Assembly (NCBI GenBank): GCA_030324005.1
Contig: JARDVH010000073.1
Coordinates: forward strand, 84,320,701 to 84,384,691
Direction of reading: 5' to 3'
Length of the DNA stretch: 63,991 bases
DNA from: Negaprion brevirostris
Lineage: Eukaryota
In this document: piece by piece, positions 12,226 through 26,050 of the stretch
Layout: each line of letters starts with the position of its first letter
How positions within the stretch are numbered: the first letter of the stretch is position 1
The notes under the pieces: generated by a model
What the model saw: only the letters and a program-made list of their open reading frames with translations
Told to the model about the DNA's origin: nothing
Databases searched by the model: none
Program-made: the position numbers and the translations under genes

Positions 12226-14305
12226 ATTCAAAGGGAAAGACTATTGTGTCAGAAGTATAAATTCTCAACTCTATCATGAAGCTGCTTTCCTCTATTTCTG
12301 TTCATCCAAATAGACATGTGAAAATGATATCAGAACATGTAATTACAATCTGCANNNNNNNNNNCTGCACTGGCCAAGAAGGAATAACTGATACACCAGG
12401 AGTCCCCTCACTGCAAAACATTGTTATATTTTACCATGTAATCTTATCACAAATCTCAGAAACAATTTTTAAAAAATTATACCTTTTGCATTCAGTGAGT
12501 CAATAAATTGTTCCATGGCAGCTTTCCCAAGGCTATACAATTTCAAAAGAATATCGTATTCAGTAACTTCAATAGTAAGAGACATTAAATAGTGTATTAA
12601 ATGATTATTTAAAAAAAAGATATGTAAGGTGACAGGAAAAGGCAGGAAATGGTACTAAGTCAAAATGTTCATTTGAAGAATCAGTACTGACATGATGGGT
12701 CAGATGGCCTTGTGCGCCATAACATTTCAATGATTCCTTAGGACTGGTGAAAGACTTTACAGGATGGGATTCTTAACGTNNNNNNNNNNNNNNNNNNNNN
12801 NNNNNNNNNNNNNNNNNNNNNNNNNNNNNNNNNNNNNNNNNNNNNNNNNNNNNNNNNNNNNNNNNNNNNNNNNNNNNNNNNNNNNNNNNNNNNNNNNNNN
12901 NNNNNNNNNNNNNNNNNNNNNNNNNNNNTCTTAACGTATCAGTCTGATCAACCTTTAAGCATCTTCTTCATCGTGTCCCTGCTTTCTCCAGCTACTTCTT
13001 GTGGTAACATTTTCCATCATTATCGTCATCAAGTATGCTACGGGATTTCTTATTTCTGCTGAATGATGTGCTGTAATACAAATTAAGGGAAACCACTAGT
13101 GAACTTCACTGTTGCATTGAGAATTAATTCTTCCTTTTGATCTGCTGTCACAATACACAGCCTGCTCCAGTACCACTTCTAGCTGAAAGAATTATTGTTT
13201 CAACTAACTGGATAATTTCCAAGTAAAAATAATACGCATACTGTATCAGACAGTATTTATGAGCGATGCAGCTTATTGCCCTTTGTTTTCATGGCTAATG
13301 AAAGGAGTTTGAATGGTATAACTGAAGCTGACTTTTCCCAATCAGCAGTTACATTGAGGCCATAAGAATGCAAATATCAGGAATTTTCTCGAAACTGCTC
13401 CTAATTCACCCCAAATAGAATCATAGACTACTGTGCAGAAGGAGACCATTCAGCCCATTGNNNNNNNNNNNNNNNNNNNNNNNNNNNNNNNNNNNNNNNN
13501 NNNNNNNNNNNNNNNNNNNNNNNNNNNNNNNNNNNNNNNNNNNNNNNNNNNNNNNNNNNNTGTTGATGTGATCGGCGCAACTCGTGGGCCGAAGGGCCTG
13601 TTTGTGCTGTAGTGTTCTATGTTCTATGTTCTAACTACAATCCCACCCAGGCCCTATCCCCATAACCCTAGCATTTACCCTAGCTAGTCCCCCTGATACT
13701 AAGGGGCAATTTAGCATGGCCAATCCACCTAACAACTTCATTGAAAGTATGCAAAAATCATATATCATATGTTACATGAGTGGTACTAGAGTAACTCCAA
13801 GAAATTATTGTCTCAAGTTAACCAGAAGCTCCGTGACAGTAATTCAGATTTAAAAATCAATTTTATATTGCAGATTAGTGTTATTGGCATCTTGAGAACA
13901 ATAATTCGTAATTACTGTAACAGAACCTGGAGTGCAATCAACTTTGATCCTGGGTTGCAAAATATTTACAATAAGTATTGGCAAGCAAAGGCAGACTCTG
14001 GTCCATAAAAGACATGAGATCTGCTCAACAGGGTAATCAGTGGCCTGAATCCAAAGAAAGTATCTGAGTATAAGACCCCAGAAACATACCATTAACTTTA
14101 TAAACAAGCTAGTTAGTGACTTTGTAGTGAAAAGGAGATGGTAACTAAACCATGGAATAACTCACACTTGTTAGACTTGCTAGTTAGAGAGATTTTTGAG
14201 ATTAGGAAGTGTGCTATTCTTCGTAATTACCCTGATTTTATCCTGCAGGAATTAGGCAAAAGTTTGATATGCTACTAGGGCTGGTTGCAGAGGGAGAAAG
14301 CATTG

Positions 14306-14699
14306 AATTATCTATGATGGTGATGTTAATGAACGGCGGGACGATTTTATGTCATTGATGCACATTAACTAGCACATTTATAGCACAAATTTTACCTGCC
14401 ACTTGTCTTTCCAAGCCAGGGTGCTTCCTGGATTGTGCTGCAGGCTGGAATGGACTTCCTCATTCATGGAGAAATTTTGCATGGAGAAAAACATTATACA
14501 ATCATCAACAAACACAAGATAACATCACGGATGGCTTTACCTAGCTTCTTCCACAATGTTGCATCAATGCTAGAGAAATATACAATCCTATTGGAAAGAC
14601 AAGTGGCAGATACAATTTGCGCTATACACATACTAGTTAGTGTCCATCAGTGATATAAGAATGTCTCGTCATTCATTAACACCATCAGCACTGAAAATT
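14306..14699. mobile_element. Foldback/MITE-like element with about 110-bp inverted arms
   Basis: 14306-14414 is the approximate reverse complement of 14591-14699, including exact CTGCCACTTGTCTTTCCAA / TTGGAAAGACAAGTGGCAG. Confidence 0.8.
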
Positions 14700-15110
14700 T
14701 GGAGTTTAGTAGAGTGAGGTGTGACCTTATTCAAACATCTAAGATCCTGAGGGGGGTTGATTCGGTGAATGGTGAGATGTTTCACTAGTGGGAGAGACTT
14801 GAACAAGGGGACATAGCTACAAGATAAAGGACGGGTCTTTTAAAACTGAGGTTGCGTAGAAATTTCTTCTCGCAGAGGGTGGTGAATCCCTGGAATTCTC
14901 TGCCCCAAATGGTAATGGAAGATGGGTCATTAGAAATTTTTAAAGTGGAGATGAATAAATGTTTGATAGATCAAGGATTAAAGGGCTATGGGGAAATGGT
15001 GCAGAAAATGACTTGAGGCTGACATAGATCAGCCTAGATCCTGTTGAATGATGGGGCAGGCATGAAGGACCTGGTGGCTTCCTCCTGCTTCTATTTCTTA
15101 TGTTCTTGTA
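14700..15110 (+). mobile_element. CR1 LINE 3' end
   Basis: ACAAGGGGACATAG...TTCTTCTCGCAGAGGGTGGTGAAT (RGH..FFSQRVVN motif) and tail TTCTTATGTTCTT. Confidence 0.85.
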
Positions 15111-18100
15111 TATGTAAGTGGTGTCTTGCTGCTCCTACTCAAAAAGACAGATGCATGCTTGGAATGAATGGCCTCTTTGATATCGTCTGGTGTGCAGTTC
15201 CTCGTGGCAAAATCTTCAGATGGAACTGTTATTATTTGGCAGAGGGGCGCGACAGGCAGGAGATACAAAATGGACTCTTCAGCCCCAAGAGTGGCTTTGT
15301 CCACCTTGTTGTGAGACTCTTAAAAAAATGTTCCTCAATCAGAACCCACTGCATCAGCAACCTAAGTTTTCAGAAGATCGGGGCACCATTTTTAAAGGGT
15401 GTCCCAGTTTTTTAAAAATACAATGGATACCCACCGACCCCATGCAAACCCTGCCCCATGCAACTCATTACCAGTCCCCCTACCCACATCAATACCACCA
15501 ACTCAGAACTCCCCCACCCCTGCAAACCATGGGACCACCCTTTATGGAATTTTCCTCCACCACAGAACACCCACCCCCACGCAACACCACTTCCCAAGCA
15601 AGCCCCACCACCATGAAACTCACCCCTGCCATCACCACGGAATAACCACCCCCTCCCATGAAACTCCATCCCCCTACACCTTTGAACACCTCTCCCCATG
15701 GAACACTACCATGGCACTACCCTCTGCACTACCACCTAGCACTGCCCCCGGGGATCTTCACTAGGGGGCCTTGACTACTCATTGTTGCCATTGTTGCATG
15801 GGGGCAATGGTTAGATTTCATGGTGTTCACAGCTTACTGGATAATACAACTGAAGTTTTCAAGCTTCAGAACAGAGTATTCTTTACAAAGCAGAACAAAT
15901 TGTTATATTAAAAATTGTGTTTAAGGTGACATGAACATGAAGTTGGTGAAACTTTTGAAACCAATTGCAGCTAATCATTTTTGTTGGCAATGTCACAGTG
16001 ATTGAGACATGATTTTCTGGTTTTGCAAAGTTCATAGGTCATGTACAGTCTACTCACATGCAAACATGATTTTATTGATGAGAAAAGATTGCTTTGAGTG
16101 CTATCATGCCCAATAGACCACAGATTTGGAAGTAGAGCTACTTTATCGTTGAGAGTTATTACTTCCTTGTTATATTATTCTTACCATTAATTATGTTACA
16201 TCTGGCAAATTTCAGTTTATTGTTTTCTGTGGCTAACTCATGTACCGTTTTCTCATTAGATGCCAGGGAGCATGAAGTCTATGCTTTAACTTTGACAGAC
16301 ATATAGGTTTCCCTACAGATCCATGGAATCATCTACTGGATTTCTGGGACTTGATATTCCTCATGAGAGATGTGTCACACACATGAAAAATTACTCCCTC
16401 AATAGGGAACTTATTGCAACCGCTAGCACAAGATTATAGAGGCCAGTGCCAGGTTTGTTTGGAATTTACTTATTTCTCTATATTCTGGCAATCGAAAATC
16501 CCACCATTATTTGAGGCTGTGTATATTACATTGCGCTGCCAGTTAAGGGATCTTGGCTGCCCATTGTTTCCGTCGATGAAGACTGGGGGATACCTGCAGA
16601 GGACATCATTGAGATTCCAATTCAGAGATTTTAATCACAAGAGGCAACAGGAAACAACAGCCTTTAGTGTGGTACTTATTGAACTAATTTACTTTGGAAA
16701 ATAAATCTGCCATTCCTGCCCTACCTGTGCTGTCAGTCCCCCACAAACATAGTTGTCTCTTAACTGTTCCTTGAAGTTGCCTAGCCTCAGTTTGACTAAA
16801 CTGTCCAGCACTTTGTCAATGATGCTCATGTTTTGAGAGTAAGTGTATATTAATACAGAAACCACATCTGCTTTGACAAAGGGTCATCTGGACTTGAAAT
16901 NNNNNNNNNNNNNNNNNNNNNNNNNNNNNNNNNNNNNNNNNNNNNNNNNNNNNNNNNNNNNNNNNNNNNNNNNNNNNNNNNNNNNNNNNNNNNNNNNNNN
17001 AATACAGAAACCACATCTGCTTTGACAAAGGGTCATCTGGACTTGAAATGTAAACTCTTTTCTCTCCTTACAGATGCTGCCAGACCTGCTGAGATTTTCC
17101 AGCATTCTCTCTTTTGTAACATTTGGATACAATCTAACAGTCTAATTCAGTATCTTCATCTTGACCTGCTTGTACAACTAGAAACTGTTTAGACATCTAG
17201 AAAACAAAACTCTCACTGCAACTAAATCACCATCCTGAAAACTTTAGTCTTTTATCAGTAAATTGAACTTAAACATGCCATTGATTAATGTCACAATTTG
17301 TCTGTGTCTATTTCTTTTTCTTCCTAGCTAGAGGCCTGCGGCTTTTGACATTTATAAATTATGTGGTGTTTTCAGGTTCATTTTCAGTAAATGAGGAAAA
17401 AGGCTGGGTGCTGTGTAACTGGAACAACCCAGAGGGATTGGAACCACATGCATTAATTATTGCTATGTCCCCCTTTTACTTGGCTGATGCCGTTTGATGC
17501 CTGACAGTTGTTGGAGTTCAGGATGGGTGTAAAGATGAGCAATGAAATTACAATTTACCTCCCACTTTGAGCCAAAACCTAGGTGAACATCTCCATGGAA
17601 GAGGCTACACTGTAGAAGATGGTCTGTATGAGAATTCAAGGGTTAATCTTGGCAGGAATTAGTGTTAGTGGGTCTGAAAGGACTGGGGGAGGATTCAAAC
17701 CCATTTTGGTGGTCAGCAGGAACTGGAGCTGCATTATGTCAGCTATTGTCACTGGGGCAGCTGTTATGCTTGAGAGCTGCCAGTCAACCAGATCAGCAGC
17801 TCAGCAACCTCACCACCCAGGAGTGGTAACCACTGCTAAGGATGCATCTGGAGGAAAGGATGCAGGCTGTGGTGGAATGATGGATTGAGGTTGTTGGTAA
17901 GAGCAGGTGATGCTGTTGTTATGATGAGATGACCATTGCCACTGGGAAGTCCCTGCAAGGACCAAATATTTCTCCAAAATGGAAGTCCCATGTGGAAGTA
18001 GTGAGGATATACCTGAAAGTCTCCCTCTGCCATTGGTTAAATGCCTATAGGGAAGGAAAGAGGCCCATATTTAGCCACTTACATTGCTCAGTTGGCCTTT

Positions 18101-18506
18101 GGCTACCTTCTTTGCTGACAGGATGACGGAAAGATGACAGGCTGTCCATCAGAAACTTTCCCACGCCATTTAACATGTCATCCCACCTCCCAGCCCTTCA
18201 CAAGAGGGCAAGTAAAATCCATNNNNNNNNNNNNNNNNNNNNNNNNNNNNNNNNNNNNNNNNNNNNNNNNNNNNNNNNNNNNNNNNNNNNNNNNNNNNNN
18301 NNNNNNNNNNNNNNNNNNNNNNNNNNNNNNNNNNNNNNNNNNNNNNNNNNNNNNNNNNNNNNNNNNNNNNNNNNNNNNNNNNNNNNNNNNNNNNNNNNNN
18401 NNNNNNNNNNNNNNNNNNNNNNNNNNNNNNNNNNNNNNNNNNNNNNNNNNNNNNNNNNNNNNNNNNNNNNNNNNNNNNNNNNNNNNNNNNNNNNNNNNNN
18501 NNNNNN

Positions 18507-18680
18507 AGTACTCCAAGTGGGGTCTGACAAGGGTCTTATAAAGTTGCAGCATTACCTCCCAACTCCTAAACTCAATCCCTCGACTAATGAAGGCCAGTAC
18601 ACCATACACCTTCTTGACCACATCCTCCACCTGCAAGGCCAATTTGAGTGTCCTATGGACCTGGACCCCAATTTCCTTCT
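18507..18680 (-). mobile_element. CR1 LINE ORF2 fragment
   Basis: VVKKVYGVLAFISRGIEFRSWEVMLQLYKTLVRPHLEY. Confidence 0.9.
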
Positions 18681-21600
18681 GCTCCTCAAGACTGCTAAGA
18701 CTCCTACCCTTGATAATCCAACTGGAGTTTTCAAGCTATAGATACAAGAGTTTCCTTTGGAAAGTGGAGCAAATTGTTACGAATTATGTTTTAGGTGACA
18801 TGCTCATAAAATTAGGTGAAAATGTGACATAGGTTATTGAAACCTCCAGCTTGATATCATATCTATGTGGAGTGTGCTTTTTAGAAGGGGAAATATATTG
18901 CCTTTGTTTTTTCTCTCTAAAAGCTCTCAGTAAGTCAGGATAATACTGGAACCAGTGCAGAAAATCAGGTGGCAAGACCTAAAGTTGTTTCCCTAACAAA
19001 TGTTAAATTTCCTCTCACTGCCATCACTAGGAGCAATATGGTGAGGCACAGATTCCTACGCCATTTTCTTTTTTTGTCCACCTCTGCTCCTGGCATTCCA
19101 GTGAAATTTAGCAGCAGGCCTGGAATCATTGCAGTAATGGCAACAAATATTTTGCATGGGGTAAGAGGGCTCAAAAGGTGTCCTCCTTTGAAAGGTTGCC
19201 TGCCAGCTGAAAGTCTCAATCCTAGCCACGGCCATCAGGAATGTGGGGCCCCATTCTCACATTGTGATTCAGAACTTTTCTGGTAGCTCAGGTTCAGAGA
19301 TGTACGTGTTGGTCATTTTGCGGGTTTCATGTGAGCTTTTACGCCCATACGCATCTCCCAACTGGAAGAAAATGGTGTCACTGAGAAAGCGCAGGAGTCC
19401 GGCGGGAAGTGAGGTAAGTCATTCGAATATGTTTTAAATGTCATTTCAATGTGATTATCCATNNNNNNNNNNNNNNNNNNNNNNNNNNNNNNNNNNNNNN
19501 NNNNNNNNNNNNNNNNNNNNNNNNNNNNNNNNNNNNNNNNCAGGAGACCCCACTGGAGTGAAGGGGGCAATCAGAGCCCCCCAGGGGGTTGGGTGGTGGG
19601 GTGATGGTGCCCCCTGGGCATGGGCACCCTGGCAATGCCAGCCAGTGCCCTCTGGCACTGTCCAAGGAGCAAAGTGCCCATACCCAGGGGACACCTTGGC
19701 ACTGTCCATTGGGCTATTGTGGGTGGGGCCTAGGGACAACTGGTGGGGGTACAGGTCTCACTTTCACTGTGCATGGGGATCGGTCTGGGCTGGAGGGAGG
19801 CCAATGATCAGGGCAGGCTCTGGGCGGGGTGGTCTGCTGGGAGAGGGCTGTCTCCCAGGGGGGTCTAACCCCAGGTGTTCAATCGGGGAGGAGGTCTGCT
19901 GGGGTGACAGGGGTAGGGGGAGTGGGCTGGACATCAGGGCACTCCGGGGCTCTCCGGAGAGTCAGAGCTGGCCCGGGAATTACTGTGGAGGCTGCCATCT
20001 GGCCATGGGGAGGGGGAGGCTGGAGTAGCAGCACTGTGGGGGCCCTGGGTCAGCCACTGATCGAGCTGCCCAGCAAACAGGGAGACTGACACGTTGGAGT
20101 CACTGCGCATGTGCAGAGTCCAAAAATGTCAGACTCTGATGTGAATAGACCCCGCCCGCTTTGTGTTTTTAATGATATTCCTTATTGTGACCTCTGCATT
20201 GCACAGAGTAGGCAGTTTCGAGTGTGAAGCTGCACTGATAAAACAGCCATCACCTAGACCAGTTTTTCCACCAATTTTACACTTTTGGGAGACCAGCCCT
20301 TGCAATTGCTGCAGTTCTTAGGGCCTTACAACCCCTTTAACCTTGCCTCTTACTTATGGTGCTGAAATATGATCCACCTGAATCTTCTTTGGGCCACTGG
20401 CAGTCTGGTAGAAATCTAGTCATCATGAAATCCGTTACCTGGAGTTCATAATGTCTCCCTTAAACTAAAGCAAGTTTATAGCTCAGGGCAAATAGATCAA
20501 AGTCCTTCTTCACATCTGCCTTTCGGCATGAAAAGTAAATTATAGCTAATTATATCTTCCTGACATGAATAAAAGTTAAACACACAAAGTTAATTAATGC
20601 AGGAAATATTATTATAATGTTTTCACTTATCTAAATTAAGTGGATTAACCATTTTTATTGGGTGCGTAACTTGAAGATAAAATGATGATTTCCTCGCAAG
20701 TTTTCTTTTTTTTCCTGATAAATTTTGCTTTATCACAGGAGATTGAATTACATCTCTAACAACTTGTCTGGCAATAAATGTATCAGTGTTATTTCCTCAA
20801 CCTACAAAAAGCTTACCAAGGTTCCAAGAATCCATAATGTTGCATTATAACCACCTTGAGCCTAGGGATATGGCCAGAAGTTGACCTAAGGTGGGAGCTT
20901 TGTACATAAAGTCCTAGACATTCAGAATGAGTTGATATGATCACATATAGATATTCTCAGAACATGAGTGATGAATTCCAAAATAGTGATGCCATCTCTG
21001 GTTAGATATATTCCTAGAGGCTTTGTCACATGACCTCCTTTCTCCAGCTGCCCTGTCTCTGTGCTCCCGCCATTGGTTGCCCAGCACGTCCATGCTAATG
21101 CTGCCTGCATTCCCAACCCCAATTGGAAGTACAACCATTCATCACTCAATTGAATCATACTTAAACCTCATTCAAGCAACTTTTCTTTCATCTTCAATAT
21201 TCTTCTAATTAAAAAATCAGAAACATTAAAATGAAATAAATCACACACAAACAATTTTCATATAATGCCCTTATGGCTTTTCTTCTGGATTGCTTCAGTA
21301 CTGTCCTGGAGATTAATCTTGAGTTCCCAGAAATTTCTGACTAATCCTGAAAGATTAGCAAGGTGTTTAACTAACTCCAGAACATTGAAGGTGATTGATA
21401 TGAGCTTGATCATGTAGGTAATATATTGCATAAATTTACAAACATTGCCTTTTGCTGTAACTGTTCAAAAACTTGTGAAATATTCTTGGATTTACATAAG
21501 ACTAAAATAGGCGATTTGTATTTTATCTTACCACTATAATGTTGCGTGGATGCCACATCAAACAGACAACTGTACATTGTACTAATCATAAAGGAATTGG

Positions 21601-23019
21601 TTACCAAGTTCCAATGCCTATCTCTAGAGCTAGCATTTGAACAAAATTTGCCTGATTTAGGTGAGATTTTGCCAGANNNNNNNNNNNNNNNNNNNNNNNN
21701 NNNNNNNNNNNNNNNNNNNNNNNNNNNNNNNNNNNNNNNNNNNNNNNNNNNNNNNNNNNNNNNNNNNNNNNNNNNNCCCCCCTTCAGTACACAAATAAAC
21801 TGCTTGTCCTATCCAGTGCATAACCTTAATTGTTTAAAGAACAAATCAAAATTATAATGCAATTTTAAATTGGCAGAATTTTCAACAGCCGTAAAAGGTA
21901 AGAATTTATTGTAATGAATAACTGATTCTAATGTTTTATCAATAATTTCATGTATGCTAAGAGATGTATAAATGTTGCTTTTCTATACCACAAATGCAAA
22001 TGCAAATTACTGAGAACTAAGATAAAAATATATATGTAAAACGTCATCACTATTTCTGCTTTGTTTATGCATCGCTAAACCACAAAAGCTGGTACCAAGG
22101 GGAAGTGATTGAGGTTCTAAAGCCAGTCACAAAGAATCAAGAAAGAATGTGTTGACTATCATCTCAGCTGCATACTAGTTCGTCAGCAATAGCTTAAAAA
22201 ACAGATCCTATTTCTGTTTTCTAATGCTTATTCATTTATCTTTAATATTTAATGGGCAGCTGCCTACCAATGCAGCTTGAATACATTCCACTCCAGATGT
22301 TCACATGCCTGCAGAGAAATACCTTTTGTTTTACCTTCTACCCAGGGACCTTTCTGATCCATGCATTCATTTGTACTTCTAGTCTATTTGCCTTTAGTGG
22401 GGCATAACTTACCTGTTAACATACGCAATGCAATTGCTTCCTGGCTAATGCACGCTAAAAGAAAGAAGAAGACTTGGTCAAGGAGAGCGCAAAAGAGCAA
22501 CTAGTAACAAAGAAGGGTCAGCAACTGTGGAGGAGGATAGACAAAGTGCAGGAGGAGAGAAGTAATGATGGAGTATTGTGAAAAGAATAAACTGAAAGTA
22601 AAGGAGAAAACTGAGAAAGACAAAAATTGAAGGGAAGGCAAAAGTGGAGAGTCAAGGACTGAGCAGTGATGCAAAAGTGAGAAGCAGATGGGATGAGAGA
22701 CAAGAGAAGAATGGGGGAAGAGGCAAAAGCAGATAGGATTGAGGAAATAAAGGTACTTTTTCACAGACTTACTGGTACCACAATGCATGGCAAGAGAAAC
22801 TGTGCATTTTTAGGTGCTTAATCCCAAAAGTCAAACATAGGCTAAAGAGCTGAATCTTAGACGAAGTGAGGGAGAGGAAATATTCTTGACATCAAGGCAT
22901 TATTTGATAAATGTAGCATCAAGGAGTTCTCGCAGAATTGAAAGCATTGAGAATCATGGATGAAATACTACATTGCTTGCAATTATATCAAGACCAAAGC
23001 AAGATGGTTATTGTTTTTC

Positions 23020-23560
23020 TTTATTTATTTATGGGATGAGGGTGTTGCTGGCTAGACCAGCATTTACTGACCATCCCAAGAAGGTAACGGTAGTGAAGGA
23101 ATGACAATATATTTCCAAGTCAGGATGGTGAATGACTTGGAGGGGAACCTCAAGGTGGTGGTATTCCCAGGTATCTACTGCTCTTGTCCTTATAGATGGT
23201 TGTGGTTCTGGAAGGTGCTACCTAAGCAATCTTAGTGAGTTCCTGCAGTGCATTTTGTAGATGGTGCATGCAGCTGCCATTGTTCATCAGTAGTAGAGGG
23301 ATTGAATTTTTGCAGAAGGGGTAACAATCAAATGGGACTTCTTTGTCCTGGATGGTGTCAAGCTTCTTGAGTGTTGGAACTGAACTCATCCAGGCAAGTG
23401 GAGAATATTCCATTACACTCCTTACTTGTGTGTTGTATCTTGTGGATAGGCTTTGGGGAATCAGAAGATGAGCTATTCACTATAGGATTCCTAGCATTTA
23501 ACCTGCTCTTGTAGCCATAGTATTTATATGGTCAGTCCAGTTCAAATTCTGGTCAATATG
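23020..23560 (-). mobile_element. CR1/L2-group LINE 3' fragment
   Basis: MEYSPLAWMSSVPTLKKLDTIQDK; same family as 25300-25650 and 34385-36510. Confidence 0.8.
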
Positions 23561-25299
23561 CACTTGTTCAGGGGGCCTGTTCTTCATTTGGTGTGCAAGT
23601 AAGTGTGGTGCTTACTCTTACCTTTCCAGGTCTCCACTGTCAAATTGCCCCTGCACCAAAATCCACTTCTAAATCTCCCCAAGACATTGGGGCCAGAGCA
23701 TCCAAGCACTACCTGGGAGAGGGCTGCTCCCCAGGAGCCAGGACATTATTATGGCAATCTAGGAAAAATGAAATGGCCACCAGCAACAAGGGATAAATGA
23801 TGATGACAATCAGACATCTGATTTGGAGCAGCTTCATGGCATTTGCTGCTTTTGCCTCCCTCCCCTCTTTATTCTCCCTTCTTCCAAATATCTTTTTTGT
23901 TCTCTTTCTTGCCTTGTGCATGTGTGTGAGTTGTGTGTGAAGAAGCACTGCTCACAGATCCATTTGCATTTGCTTACTGGCAACAAGCTGTTTGTGACAC
24001 CAACACAGTGGGAAACAGATTTCATTCTGTTGGCCTTCATCTGAATCAACACATCATGAGAAAGCCACCCAGAGACTTCACAATAAAAACAGTGTATGTG
24101 AGTTAAGGATAGAAGGTTGACAGAAATGTAGGTGACTGAATGTGTGTGAGTGTGTGAGGGACAGAGATTGAGAGAAGAATGTGTGTGAGTGATTGAAGAG
24201 AGTAGTGTGGTCCTTTGGGTCTATATTAGTTTCAAAATCTGCGGCAATATTATTGAATTCAGAGAGAGGGACAGAAGTATTAGTTACAGCAGACAAACAT
24301 CCCCCTGACTGGCTGTGGTTTAGGTGTATGCTTGCTTTGAAGGTGTGATTCTCTTAGCCCTGGGTTGCTACAGAGGGCGCTCAGCTCTGGCAGGCTATGG
24401 CTGGAAAGAGCTTTTAGTTTTTTTAGTGGGGGCTCCTGCAGTCCTTCCTCTGCTGATTCTTCTCTGTGAGGGTGTGATTGAGTTGTACTCAACTGCTATT
24501 GGAACTATTTGCATCTGCTGTGTCGGGAACCACAATGAACTGCTGGCTATTCTTGCTTCTGTTGTGTTTATCATGGGACCCAGGAACAGTTTCTTTTCAC
24601 TCTGACCCAGCTCCCTTCCAATGGAGCTNNNNNNNNNNNNNNNNNNNNNNNNNNNNNNNNNNNNNNNNNNNNNNNNNNNAATCATTGAAACTCCTCTCTT
24701 CTGGCTGTATTTCCATGGTCTTCGAACATTCTTCACCCCCTCTGTCTCCCCTTCCAAAACTCCATTCTTTCTGGAACTTGTTTCTGCTCGTCACTTCACA
24801 ACTGCTCATTTCACTGGAACTAAGGAGCCTTGTCCCAGAGAGGGAACTGCTGTAGAATCACCAACTTTCATTTATTTCCCCTTCTCAATGACCTTACAGT
24901 CTTTAATATTCCAAGTACTGTTAATGGATTAAGTTGTGCTGTTAAATTTGAGATTGAGAGTTATGCATTCAATCAGTTGTTGCTGGAAGGGAGATGGGGG
25001 ATTAAATGCATTACTTATACAGAAATATGCACGAGTGAGTGTATGAAAGAGATTGAAGGAGTGAATGAGTGTGACAGAATATGTATCTGAGTGAGGGAGA
25101 TTCAGGGGATTGTGTGTGTGAGGAAGAGTTTGAGCATGTGTGTGCAAGATATTAAAGTGTGTGAGTGACTGAGATTGTGCACAAAGGCTCATTTGAAATC
25201 CAAACATAATTGGGCAGAGGGGCATCACCTCATTAGGGGAGGGGATCCAGAAATGAAGATGAGCGTGGGGGCCCACAAAGTGCTATTAGCTTCAGTGTC

Positions 25300-25650
25300 T
25301 GAGGAGTTGTGAATGATGCTCAACATTGTGCAGTCATCAGCAAACAACACCATTCTGACCTTATTGTGGAAGGAAGGGCATTGATGAAACAGTTGAAGTT
25401 GGTTGGGCCTAGGACANNNNNNNNNNNNNNNNNNNNNNNNNNNNNNNNNNNNNNNNNNNNNNNNNNNNNNNNNNNNNNNNNNNNNNNNNNNNNNNNNNNN
25501 NNNNNNNNNNNNNNNNCTAGGACACCACCCTGAGGAACTTCTGCAGTGACATCCTTGAGCTCAGATGACTGACTGCCAACCACTACAACCATCATCCTTT
25601 ATGCCAGATATGACTCAAACCAGTAGAAGGTTTCACCCCTGATTCCCATG
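25300..25650 (-). mobile_element. CR1/L2-group LINE RT fragment
   Basis: VPQGGVL...GPTNFNCFINALPSTIRSE (RT GVPQGS motif). Confidence 0.85.
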
Positions 25651-25949
25651 CCCTCTCCCCATGGCCCCAGCTGTCATTTTTTATTCTGATTTGCTTTCAA
25701 TGTGCAGTTACTTTTGTCCTCCTATTAACTCATTCTACTCTCTTACCTTTATACTATTTTTAGCACTTCTTTAGTCCTTAATACCATCAATAACACTCCC
25801 TTTGTCCTGTGTCTATGGTATCTTTGTCAATCTCCCCTTAACTCTGGTTTATACCTGATTTCTATTCTGCAACTATTATTTATTGCTCTCTCAGTTGAAC
25901 TATGTGAAAACATAGATCCTGCGATTGTACAGTGCACTGGCTTGCAAAG

Positions 25950-26050
25950 TACAGCAAGAAGTCTCACAACACCAGATTAAAGTCCAACATGTTTATTTGG
26001 TAGCAAATGCCACTAGCTTTTTGAGCGCTGCTCCTTTGTCAGGTGAGTGG
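25950..26050 (-). mobile_element. Second Penelope-like repeat family fragment with decayed hammerhead motif
   Basis: AAGAAGTCTCACAACACCAGATTAAAGTCCAACA arm, shared with the hairpin at 43936-44028. Minus strand 26011-26045 reads CAC CTGACAA AGGAGC AGC GCTC AAAAA GCTA GTG. Confidence 0.55.

Noticed and set aside
15190-15764. Overlapping Pro/His/Thr-rich ORFs
   Set aside because: C-rich low-complexity, repeat-like sequence with no domain or splice support
19300-20300. GC/CpG-rich stretch with a 196-aa ORF and a GTAAGT donor
   Set aside because: The ORF spans an N gap, is Gly-rich and has no recognisable homology; it looks like an interspersed GC-rich repeat that I cannot name
22455-22750. Purine-rich tract resembling a coiled-coil exon
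   Set aside because: Stops interrupt it, and there is no clear splice pair or recognisable protein
23800-24900. Cluster of minus-strand ORFs flanked by CA/CT-rich tracts
   Set aside because: No recognisable motif; possibly a decayed transposon gene, but not supportable
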